This document shows positions 24,984-36,406 of a DNA stretch of 64,000 nt, one piece after another. Origin of the DNA: Guillardia theta CCMP2712 (taxonomy: Eukaryota; Protista; Cryptophyta). Below the pieces are notes generated by a model. The model was not told where the DNA came from and made no database searches. It saw only the letters and a list, made by a program, of their open reading frames with translations. How positions within the stretch are numbered: the first letter of the stretch is position 1; every line of letters begins with the position of its first letter. A program made the translations under genes and the position numbers. The stretch lies in assembly GCF_000315625.1 (NCBI RefSeq), contig NW_005434544.1, positions 65,820 through 129,819 on the forward strand, read 5' to 3'.

Positions 24984-27900
24984 ATGCCGGAAGTCAACAT
25001 GGATAAAGTTGACGAGGAGGAGGATGAGAGACATGCCGAAGAAAGCCTCACAGAAGACGTCACCGAAACCGCTACTCCTCGTAAAGGCCGGATCAGTTCT
25101 TTCTTCAGGCTCAATTTCAACCTCAAGCCGCAAGAAACGATGAGCAGCTTTCCCGAAAATGAAGCTGCAGAGCTCGATTTGTATTGCCAGCTCGATGAAA
25201 AAGACTTAAACAAAAAGATCGAGAAGCTTCCTTTCCTCATCTTTCATCCACGAGCTGCTTGGAGACTTTTGTGGGATTTCATGATCTTTGTAATCCTGAT
25301 CTATACTTTCTGTGCTGTACCGATAAGATTTGCATTTTCTGACTCCACGCCAGACTGCGAGACTGGATTCTTGCAACAGGGTTTCATGTTTTCTTCGATT
25401 GCATCATTGATTTGATCTTCATCATAGACGTCTTTTTGAATTTCCGAACGGCCTTTGTCATTCCAGCCTCAAACCGTCGTGGCACGACGAAAGATCAATT
25501 GGTGGGCGATTGGAGAAAAATTGCCAAACGCTACATGACAGGTTTCTTCATTGTTGATATCATCTGCAGCATACCGATGGACTTTATTTTGTACATGACA
25601 TGTGACCACACGTCTACTTCGTATGGGGGGTACAGAGGACCCCAGGCTATCAAATTCATCCGCATTTTGAGAGTCCTGAGGCTCTCGAAACATACTCGGA
25701 TGAAAGAAATTCAACTTTGGGTCAGAGACAAGCTTCGTATACACCCTGGTTGGCTGAGACTGATCTTTTTTGTATTGGGTGTCTTGCTAATTGCTCATTG
25801 GAATGCTTGTATCTTTTTCTTCCTTGGCAAACAGGCGGTGGCCTTGGATTTGGATCATAACGTAAATGTGACCAGCTCATCATATTGTGAGATAGTTGAA
25901 CATGTTTCCTTCTTAACCGACCAAACATTTGCTACGGCGATTGGAGTCTCAAGCAATCCAGTATGCGTTTACGACATGGTTTGGTACGAGCAATACCTGA
26001 TTGCATTTTATTGGTCGACATGTACGATGACAACTGTTGGTTACGGCGACATCACTCCAGCAAATGTGTATGAGATGAGCTTTACAGTGGTTGTCCTTCT
26101 TGAAGCAGGGTTGGCATTTTCGTACATGATCGGAAACATGTCCAACTTGCTAGATAGGATCAATCCCCGCAAAGGCACATATCGTGACATCATGACAGAA
26201 CTGGAGGACTTCATTCACAGAGAAAAGTTAGCTCCGACCCTTGCAGAAAGGCTGAGGTCGTACTGGACGTACAAATACAATCACCCGATGTCGAGCCTGC
26301 CGCAGTTTGCAAAGGAGAACCTTTCCAAGTCATTGCTCAAGGACATTACTGCGCACATCTACAGAAAGATCCTTCAGCGCCTTCCCCTCTTCAAACGGCT
26401 CGACGACTTTGTCATCACTGACCTGGCACTTGCTTTGAACCCACTGCAGCTCGCGCCCCACACCTTTGTATACCGAGAGGATGACATCGGGGACTCGATG
26501 TACTTTGTGTCAAGTGGACAAGTTGAGATGTCGATCTTCTTGCTGTCACTGCAGAAGAAGAAGGAAATCTCACTGAAAGTGGTCGCTGACACATCGTACA
26601 AGACTTTGAATCAGAAGCCAGAGAACAATGGAGACATTGTCTTCACGTGGAAAGGACATCGCAAGTTCATGAAGTCTAACAGATATCAACCCATGGTGAA
26701 TCAGTCTCTACCATTCTTCACGCTGTCCTTGATGATCGTCCGCAGATGTTCAAGTGGACTGTAGATGAAGAGCGTGTCGTGAGTTATTTCGGAGAGAACG
26801 TGCTGACAGGGAACTCGGCAAGGCGGCTCTCTACAGCACAAACCAAGACCTGGTCAGACTGCTTGTGGGAGGTTTGTGCTGGCTAACGAGGAGTAGGTGT
26901 CAACTGTTTCAGCTGAAGAGAGACGCGTTGAGGACAGTCGCTTCCAAGCACAGGGGCATGATGGAGGTGTACCAGACGATGAAGAAGTCAAGGCACTCGC
27001 GACTGCTGAGGGCCCTTAGGATGATCCTCCTGTGCAACAGAGCCAAGTGAGCCCCTCCTGCCTGTTGCAGCCTCAACTGACAGTCAACGACCAGGTGGAT
27101 CTCAGGCGTTAAACTGTTTGTTACTGTAGATAGAGCTGTTAACCTCCCGAGAATGGACGGAATCCTCGGCTCCTGCGACGCCTACTGCTGCATACGCTTG
27201 GGAACTCCGGAGCCGCGCAGCAAGGAGTATCAGACTCTAGTCCAGTATAACAAGGTCGGCCTCCCTTGCAGCTTCTTGTGCGGGACTCACGCCAGTCTCA
27301 GATGAGCCCCGTGTGGAATGAGACGTTCGCATTCGTCATCGACTTTGCGCAGGAGTTCTCCAGTCAGGGCTTCCCAGTCAGGCTCTACTTCTCCCTAAAG
27401 GACTTTGACGTGTTCGGAGAAAACGACGACATTGGTTACTGCGCGGTGAGAGCATGTGAGCAGTTTCATACAGCGACTTATGGCAGGGAGCAGATTGACG
27501 TGTCGTCGTTGCTGAAGCGCTGTTTGCATCTCAATGCTACTCAGACGGACTCGAAGTGGGTGGGGCTGAAGAAAGATGGCGGCGATGGGAAGATGAAGAA
27601 CGTGGTGGGTCAGAACTTCAAACGAGCGAAGGTCCGTGTGGCAGTGTAATCGGTTCTCAGAGAGTTGAGGTGACTTCTTTGTGCAGATGAGAATTGAATT
27701 GAAAGTAGTTCCTGCCAAGAACATGAGCGAAGCGTCATCGATTCATCCGTAATACGACCTGATTGTCAAACTTGCTGGAAAGCTGAACTTCTGCTCCAGG
27801 GAGATCTCACCAGACAAACTGAGCAACAGAATAGCAGAAGAAGGTTCATTGAGTGTTGAGAGACGAGAGCCATGTCTTGATGTGTTGCAGGCGAATTCGT

Positions 27901-28749
27901 TGAGAACGATGATGCTTATGAGCCCCCGCCTCTGCCTCTCTCTGTTCCCCTGTCTCCTGAACCCAACGATCTCGACGACAAGATGCCGTTTAGGAACACT
28001 TTGACGCGGGTTGGCAGGTAGACCTTTCTCTTGCTCTCTTGCAACATGCCGCTAAGTTGCTGCTCACAGTGACCTCTCGACCGTCTCATCCGAGCTTGAC
28101 CGTGATCTCAGCACGACCGATCTCACGCAACTTGTACGGAGCTGCTCTCTGATTGATGTAAACGTGACGACCCGGCTTGCAGGACGCTAACGCGGAGGCA
28201 CATAGAGACATCATGGAGTCCGACGACAAACTGATCATGTTGGCTGAGATTAGTCAGATGAACCAGAGGTCGCTACTGCCCTTCCCCAACGGTACGTGAG
28301 ATCTGGGGTACGTCCAGCATGACTCACGTACGATCGCAACAGATGAGAACAGGGTGCCGGACCAAGCTCTTCCTCTGGCTGACCCTGACGAGACTGAGGA
28401 AGTGCCCAGCATGGGTTTGCAGGAGAAGCACGACCATGTGGGAGAGCACACAATCAATGTCTCAGCCGCGCAGAGGAAGCTGATGAACAGGTGAGGGTAC
28501 ATGGAGGTGAGGCCTTTGCGAGTGATGGGCGCCTCCAGGTTAGCTGCAGCTCTAGCGAGAGAGCGCCAGCAGCACGAGGCAGAGATCTCGGCGCTTGAAA
28601 TGCAAGTCAAGGTGAGCCCTCGACCTCCTCTACTGGAAACTTTATTGACCATCATTCCATCACAACAGAAGCTAAAGAAAGACCTGAAAGATGTTGTGGA
28701 ACAATATCACAAGACTGTAAATATTCCCCCAAACCAACCGACCCTGTAA
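24984..28749 (+). CDS. Six-TM cyclic-nucleotide-binding K+ channel (KCNH/CNG superfamily) with a C-terminal C2 domain and coiled coil
   Basis: S1 WDFMIFVILIY, S4 KFIRILRVLRLSK and pore YWSTCTMTTVGYGD. C-linker and CNBD read YREDDIGDSMYFVSSGQV...SYFGEN...RRLSTA. C2 exons read LFVTVDRAVNLPRMDGILGSCDAYC...SPVWNETF...SLKDFDVFGENDDIGY. Confidence 0.88.
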
Positions 28750-29129
28750 TAAATATGAATTGTACTCTCTACATCATTTACGTCCACACATCATAGCAGT
28801 ACCTTTATCGCTATCATGTGATACGGCAGCAGCTACATGCGCTTCTGTCATGTAGTCTAGAAATCTATAACATCTTTTGCAGTGTCATGTGCTCATAAAG
28901 CATCTGTCATGTAGTCTAGACATCTACAGCTTGTCGTGCTCATTCCTTCTTCCTGACAAAAGATTGACAGCGATGGTTCTGGGATGAGCACGAAAGGGAG
29001 TGATTTCGTGAGCTCAATTTTTAAAAGAAGTTCTATAAGGGTAACTTTTGAATTTTTCACTAAATTTTCAATAAATCATATAGAGATTTCGGAACCTGTG
29101 GAAACAAAAGAAAAGAAGTTTACTACCTG

Positions 29130-30170
29130 ATTCTCACCACCCTACCCCTTGGCTCACCCCAATCGTAATTTTCACCTACCCCTCATCTCGAATTCAAAAA
29201 TCTTTAGTACCCGACATGAAAAGCATGAAAGTACCGGTCCTTCATGTACCCCTCAATCCCCAAGGCACAAAAAAAATCTCCACCCCCTCCTTGTTCCCTG
29301 CAAAACTCGTGGCTCGTGAAAGACCCCATGGTCAACATTCCTTTGCGGTCAGAAAGGGGGGTACTCATATCAACCCCTTGGATCTGAGGACCCGTCTCGG
29401 TACAACCTTGTTTGAGAGGACCCACCCCATGTCACCCCCATTCTTTGCGATGTCCATAAGTACCCCACAATTTATGGTTATTTGCACGGGTACTTGGAGC
29501 ATTGGTGTTCCTCTACCAACCTGAAAATCTTGACTACCCAAGGGGCTGACTACCCCACCCTACGATTCCGAAATGTCCAATATAGCTACTCAAACTAAAA
29601 CCCTAAAATGTATCTTGATTCTTTCTAAATATAAGCTGGGGGTAGGGGTGGTATGGGTAGGGGTCATTTGTATATGAACAATCGTGTTATGGAAGGGGTG
29701 GGTACATGTCCCCCGTTTTCGAGAGGGTGACAGAAGTCACCCCACCCAAGAAGGGGCATGTTGACCATTGACCCATAACCCCTCCCATTTACTTAACTTC
29801 GAATTTCACCCCTTCAAAAGTACCCCTACCCCTGCGGTCTGAGGACATTATTTGTCATGACCCTCAAATAGAAGATCTATGACCCTATCTTTGGTAGTCA
29901 ACAGGGCCATACTCAACTACCCCCTACCCCACAATCCATTACCACCCGGTCGTAGAACAATGGCTAAGATCACCCCACCCCGAACTGGCCCCTCAACCAA
30001 GTACCCCTACCCCCAGCTTGAATTTTGTCCTGCTGCCAACTCCTCCAGCCCTCGTCCAGCCCCATCCTGTCCCCCCCTCCTCTCGTCCTCCTCCCCTTCC
30101 TCCTCCCCTTGTCTCTCACTACCCCCCTCTACCTCTCCCACTGACCCCCTTTACTACCTACCATCCCAAC
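29130..30170. other. ACCCC/TACCCC-rich intergenic block
   Basis: Many acccc and tacccc words, with a short ggggt sub-block near 29640-29730. Confidence 0.7.
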
Positions 30171-30547
30171 CTCTGCCTGCTCCCTGCTCTTTCTTTCTCC
30201 TTTCTCACATCCTTCATTACCGGCATAGTCCTTCCTTTGGCTTCTTCAGGTTGTTACCAGGCTGCGTGAGTGCGGTTTTTGCTTTGTTCGTCCTTTCTGG
30301 TTCTCCCGTTGCAAGTAGCTTGACTGAACTTCAAGTCACACTCAGTCAAACTTCGTTTCACAGCACTGGCTGCTCGCAATTGTAAAACATTGTTGCGCAA
30401 CATTAACAAATTGAGAATTTTGCCCTCCTTTACATTTCTTGAAAATATTTTCGGTTTTTTTTTTTTTGCTGAATTACAGTGAGGATTTCTTCTGCATCCT
30501 GTAGTTGAAAGCTTCTTTGTGTTCTGTTGCTCTTGTTGCAACAAACG

Positions 30548-31519
30548 ATGAGTTCCCGTGCAAACTGCGAGGCTTCAATAGTCTCCCCCTTACAACCAAG
30601 CTCCGTGGGTGATACCGTACTGATGAGTGCCGCTTGTGCCAATGAGGGCAGAGAAAGCCTTTCCTTCGCAAAGGTTGTGGAGGCAGAAACCCAGAAGTTT
30701 GTTCATGATGCACGTTTCACCAAGGGGATAGTGCGGTACAAGGATCTAAAGGATCATATGAAGAACATGCAAAAGGCTAAGTATGCAGCGCAGCTGCCGG
30801 AGCGTCGGTCAAGGTTCTTGAATGAGGAGTGTTCAATCTGCCTGGAGACTCTCGGCCCGGCCTCTGATGTAACGCAGACAGCTTGCAAGCACATGTTTCA
30901 TACTTTCTGTCTGGTTGAAACTTTGGGAAACGGAATCTGCACGTCTTGCCCTCTGTGTAGAACTGAGGTGGAGAAGTTGGTTCCTGGAGGAATTGATGGT
31001 CAGTCCCTCAAGCTGATCGCAAAGCTCAGGATCAACATTGACGCTGCACAGTGGTGCCACAAGTCCATATTGGATGAGATTCAGGCGAAGGCCTCGTCCT
31101 GCCAACAACAGCTGGAGTCGGTGTGGGTGAGGAAGTACGTCCCCTTCACCGGGCAGAAGCGCAAGAAACTCCGGCAGCAGATTCAGTCGCTGATTGATCA
31201 GCTCGAGCTCCTCGTGCGCTTCAGCGGGATCAACGTGAAGGGTTTCACGAAGATCTGCCAGAAGATCGAGAAGAAGCTGAGCCACGGCCTTGCGGCAAAC
31301 ATCATGGAGAAGTATGTTAAGAAGATGCCCTACTACTTGGATTGTGCCGAGGATGGAAACGGGATCGCGCATGCTCTCGGGGAGGAATTGAGGAGGATGT
31401 TGCAGGAGGTGGGTGGCAAAGCGGATGAAGATGAAGTGACTGTCGGGTGTTCAGCGTTGTCGTTGCTGATGAAGGGAGACAAGCACAGGTCACATCCCAA
31501 CCAAATGCTCAACATGTAA
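30548..31519 (+). CDS. Intronless SPX-like protein with a RING-H2 finger inserted inside the SPX domain (putative E3 ligase)
   Basis: RING-H2 CSICLE...CKHMFHTFC...CPLCR. It is flanked by SPX-like N-part LSFAK...VRYKDLKDHMK and C-part LELLVRFSGINVKGFTKICQKIEKK. Confidence 0.75.
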   Translation: MSSRANCEASIVSPLQPSSVGDTVLMSAACANEGRESLSFAKVVEAETQKFVHDARFTKGIVRYKDLKDHMKNMQKAKYAAQLPERRSRFLNEECSICLETLGPASDVTQTACKHMFHTFCLVETLGNGICTSCPLCRTEVEKLVPGGIDGQSLKLIAKLRINIDAAQWCHKSILDEIQAKASSCQQQLESVWVRKYVPFTGQKRKKLRQQIQSLIDQLELLVRFSGINVKGFTKICQKIEKKLSHGLAANIMEKYVKKMPYYLDCAEDGNGIAHALGEELRRMLQEVGGKADEDEVTVGCSALSLLMKGDKHRSHPNQMLNM

Positions 31520-31650
31520 AGTTAATGTTCGCATCGCATGCTATCTGTGAGGTTAGAAATGTATTTTGGATCGACTGGAAGGTAACATTAGTAGAGCGAT
31601 ATTTGACCCTTTTTTTTCTCAAAATGAAAAATTATGATGACTACCTTGGA

Positions 31651-33289
31651 CTACTTTGCCTTTGCCTGACTCACAAGCATGGAGATCGACTTGTTGTCAC
31701 CGCTCAGATGGAATTCCCTGTCAAGGTTTGAGTCAGGAGCAGAGCCTTGCTCTTCGTTGCAGTCAGGCTCACCGTGCTGCCTTGACGACATGGCACATAC
31801 CAGGCGTCAAAGTCTGCTGCTCCCCTGCATCCGACAACTACAAAGGAGCTCGTCAAACTACGTTACGGTCTCTTCCGTCGTCTGACCGCACAAGTCCCTT
31901 CCAGCTGATACACGAACGTGTCGCCCTTCCGCTGATATTCATGTGGTTTGTCTTTGCTCGGACCAACAAGGTGAATCTGAAGAAAATCAGTCAGAACAGC
32001 TGAGGATAAGAAAGGCAGGCAGGCAGCTGAGGTTGACAACAAGCAATGATGAGCAGCATACACCTAAATCAAGCACACTGCTACGTTTGAGCATGGTCTC
32101 ACCGAGAATTCTTTATCAGGGTGCGACAAGTGTTGCATTATGTCCAGTTGCTGTCAGGGAGCATGCTCCAGTCACAGAGCAGAACATCAAAGAGGCGTTG
32201 AGCAGAGCAGAGCAGAGCAGAGGAAATACGTTTCCAAGCAGCAAGTGCTCCCGCTGGGAGGATAGGATAGCGAAGAGGTCTTGGGGCGCTGGCACTTGTA
32301 TCTCAGTATCGTCTTGGATCAGCTCAGGAGTTGGGCAGCTAGTCGCTGTTGTCTGATGGGAATGGTACTCCTCAGATCTCAGGTATTCCTCAACCACAGG
32401 AACGAGGTCTTTCCCAAGGTCCTCGCACCTGCTCCAGAGTTGAGATAGTCTATGCACCTCTGAAGATGCCCCTTCAAAGTCTCTCCGCCCCTACTCCTTC
32501 TCTTCCTCCTGTCGCAATAGTCTTCCTTCCTGCCCCCCTACCTTCCTGGCCACTCCTTCCTGTAAACCTAATGTCGCACGATGCTCCCATTTTCTCCTTC
32601 CATTCCCACTTGCTCTTCACGCACCTGAAATATCTCTGGAACAGAATCTCGTCGCACTTGTCAAAGTCCTTGTACCACCGTAGGCAGTCCATCTCCCCTT
32701 CCTCCCTGACCCTCTCGATCACCAGCCCAACCGTGTCGGCCTTCCGCTGAGGGGAGTGCGGGACTCTGGGAGGGAGAATGAAGATGTGGCCTTCGGGGAT
32801 GATGACGTCTTCTCGCCTGCCTCGTTGGACTGTCGGGAGCATCATCTGCCCCTTGATCTGAAAAAAGAACTCGCCTCCCTGTTTGCATAATGAGAGACAT
32901 CAGGCCGAGGTGAAGGATCGCAAACAGAGTAGAAGAGCAAAGAAAGTCACGGAACCAGAACAATCGTGAAGCTCAGACGTTAAGTCAGATCTTCGACAGC
33001 AGCAGAATAGGAAGCTAAGAGACATGAGAGCGGGAGGAGCCGGTGGTGGGCAGATTGGCGGGAGGGGGGAGGGGGGGCGAGGGAGCAGATTGGGGGAGGA
33101 AGGGGAGGGGGACGGACTGGAGGAGGAGGGAAACTTTGTGCTCACTTCTTCGACATGGAAGTCGGTCCTCTGGTTCGGGCCTCCGACGATCATGATACTG
33201 AGCTGCTGCTTGTGCATGAGGATGTTGCAGATCGGAGGACGCAACTTCTCCTCCCGCTCCTTCACCCATGCTGCCAACTCTACCGCCAT
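31651..33289 (-). CDS. HAAO: 3-hydroxyanthranilate 3,4-dioxygenase, two-domain form
   Basis: LRPPICNILMH...MIVGGPNQRTDFHVEE|GGEFFFQIKGQM...IFILPPRVPHSPQRKADTVGLVIER...DCLRWY...FRCEDLGKDLVPVV, followed by second cupin-like exons (DTFVYQLEG). Confidence 0.93.
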
Positions 33290-34474
33290 GGATTCTTTGT
33301 GGACAGAGTCGTCGTTCTCAGTATGATCATGCCGCCCGGCCGCCGGGGCCCTGACCCGACGGGCCCCGGCGGCGGTGGCCGGCAGGCCGGCGCCGGCCGG
33401 GCCCGGCCCGTGCGAGTCATCTTTTGCCACACAAGTCAGGCTGAGTCGAAGAGACATAGAGCAATCAGCTTTATATGGAGGTTAGCTGACATACCCCAGT
33501 GACGAAATGGACCCCTCTTAATGATCTATAAACCACCGGTACTCGCTGCTGTTGTACTACGGATAGGCGGCTAGCTAGCAGGCTTTCAGACCCTCCACCC
33601 CCACCCCCATTCAATCTTTTAAAAGTACCGGTGCGATATGGGAAGGGTTGGCCCGCCTTGAACGTGAGCCGACTACCCCACACCCTTTTGGTCACATGTA
33701 CCCCCTTAATTCATGGGAAGTGTACCGGTGGACAAGGAGCAATATGAGGGCTGGCCCGCTACCTTGTTTCTCGTGCTTAACGGGGGCCGTGCGGGGGCCA
33801 TGGCAAGAGACGGAGGGGGAGGAGGAGGGGGAGGAAGGGGAGGAGGCGGCGAGAATGGGAGGGAGAGAGATGAGAATAAGCATGATCAAAGGAGGAGGAA
33901 GACGATGAGAGGAAGAAGAGTGGTGCTGCTGATGGTGCTGCAACGGTAGCGTTGAAAATGAGCGCGAATGGTACCTTGAGCGTTGAATGCACTAGGGTGG
34001 TTGTTGAAGGAGGAAGCAGTAAGAGAAGGGAGCAGACGACGATATGTATGCCCATAAAACTATCATCGGAAGGATCGCCACTGATCTCGAATGATTTCCA
34101 AGAGTTTCAGAGGCGCCATAACTCGAGCAGGTTTAAGTTGAGGGATGGGGTGTAAGGAGCAACCGCATTGAAAAGAGAGAGCGACGAAGATAGCTGAGAG
34201 CCAGGACGGGCATACCTTGGCAGAGACACACAATAAGACAGTCAGGGTAGAGATAAGGAGGCAGAGAGGAGAGAGAAGAGGGCGATTGAGGTCACATCAG
34301 GACAAGTCTTGTTGTCCTGCTGCGTTCTGACCGCTGTCTGCCTGCAGGGAGAGCTACATCAATCTCTTCTCTTCTTCCTTCCTCGACCTGCTGCTGCCTG
34401 CGTGATCGTAAGGAACTCGAGCTGTTCACTGCCCGCTCCCGCCCGGACCTCACTGTCAGACCCCCCCCTCCATC

Positions 34475-35903
34475 ATGAATATTATCGCTCTCCTCTTCGG
34501 GATACTAGTCTTCTTCATCGCGGCTTCCAGCGCGCATGTCGCCTCCCCCCCCTCGAGTCAGCTGGCTTCCTCCATCAACGCCGCCATGGTTGCTGTGGTC
34601 GTTGGTTCGTTCGCGGCGATCTGGATGCGGATGAAGCAGCAGGAGCCCGCGGCAGCTGTGGAGGTGCTGCGGGAAGAGAAGACCTTCTACGTCATGACCA
34701 AGAGGAGGAAGGAGGTAGAGGAGAAGCTCTCTACGATGAGGCGCGATGGCAGGGAGTCTGTGCTGGTGGTGGCCGACTTCGATATGACCCTGACCTCTTT
34801 CCTCATGCCCGACGGCTCTCGGGGCATGTCCACCCACGGCATGCTGGAGCGCTCGGGCTACTTCGGGGAGGCGTTCACGACCCGGGCCAAGGACATCTTC
34901 AACCGGTTCTACCCCATCGAGGTCGACCCGAACCTCGACTGGGACTCTAAGTTCGCCGCCATGTCCGAGTGGTGGGAGACTACCCACAAGCTCATAGTCG
35001 AGCAGGAGGTCACTAAGAAGGACATCGCTGCTTGCGTCAAGGCAGGACACTTCAGGTTCAGGGAGGGAGTCCCCGAGCTCCTGGCCCAGCTCAAGGAGCG
35101 CGAAGTTCCCATCCTCGTCTTCTCGGCTGGGATTGCGGACGTGCTGGAAGAGATCTTCAAGCAGCGGCTGGGGCTGGAGGGACTCCCGATCATCTCGAAC
35201 AAGATGAAGTTCGACGAGGAGGGGAAGCTGGTCGGGTTCGAGAACAACACCATCCACATCATGAACAAGGGAGCCGTCGCCCTCGAGGGACAAAACCTCG
35301 AGCTCGTCAAGGACAAGTCCAACGTCATCCTCCTGGGTCTGTCCCTCCCTCCCTCCCTCCCTCCCCTCAGGCTCTCCAGAACTCCTGCGTCCTTTGTTGC
35401 CTCTTCTCCTTTCCTTCTCCTGCTCTTTCACCCCAAAGCACCATCCCTCTTCTTTCCCACACCCCCTCCCTCCGTCCTCGTTACCCTCATTGTCCTGCAG
35501 GAGACAGCCTGGGCGACCTTCGCATGGCTGACGGCCTGCCTAACAAGCAGCAGGTGAGGAGGGACGGAAGGAACACAGAAAGAAGTGACGTGGCTCTAGG
35601 TTCTCAAGATCGGCTTCCTCAACGATAAGATCGAGGAGAGGAAGGAGGAATACCTCGAGAAGTGAGATCCTCCCTCCATCCCTCAGACCTCTCTCCTCCC
35701 TTCCCCCCTCCCCCTCTCCCTCCCCCTCCCCCTCCCCCTTCTCCTCCTGCCGTTCCTCCTCTGCCTCCTCTGCCTCTCGTCGGCATGTACCTTTCCTCTC
35801 TCACTCTTCTCACTCGCGCTCTCTTGTCAGGTTCGACGTTGTCATCGTCAACGACGGGCCCATGACGGCTGTCAACGAGCTGCTCGCTCCCATCTTCGCC
35901 TGA
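34475..35903 (+). CDS. NT5C3: Pyrimidine 5'-nucleotidase (cN-III/UMPH-1, HAD superfamily) with N-terminal hydrophobic segments
   Basis: HAD motifs VADFDMTLT, VFSAGIADVL, ISNKMKF and NVILLG|DSLGDLRMADG, ending LKIGFLND...FDVVIVND...IFA*. Confidence 0.9.
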
Positions 35904-36406
35904 GAGGTGCAGCTGATCTAGAGCTGAGAAGTTTGCGGCCTAGGAGGAGACCTGCTGGGGTAGACGCGTGTAGTATAGCTGAGAGAGAGCTAGAGTATTC
36001 TTTGCATGAGAGAGTTGAACATCTCTTAAAGAGTTGTATACAAGAAGTGATACCAACAGATGTCCGATGCCATCAGGCCAGCAATCGCAACGTTTAGCGT
36101 GCCAAACGCGTTTGGCATTCACCTGGAAAATGCTGGAGGGAAGACCCGGAGGGAGTTTGGATGTTGTGAATGAACACGCAAGGTGAAGAAGCAAAGGGAG
36201 GGAGAGAGGGTGAGTGGGGGAGGGAGAGGGGCAGGAGTCCGGCAAATAGGGTTGAAAAGAAATATATCTTCATCTGTCATCAACAAGCCTGTTGCCCTTA
36301 CAAGCCTTTAAGGTTACATGTCTCATCACACTAACTTACACGTCATGATTCGCCTCTCACAACCAGCTCCGCCCCCCAACGTCCTCCAGCCTCACAAGCG
36401 GCACCC

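Noticed and set aside
28840-28930. Short duplication (ctgtcatgtagtctaga, two copies), and aacaatagcaacagcttcttcag (two copies) near 15000-15055
   Set aside because: Small local duplications in 3' flanks with no sign of function.
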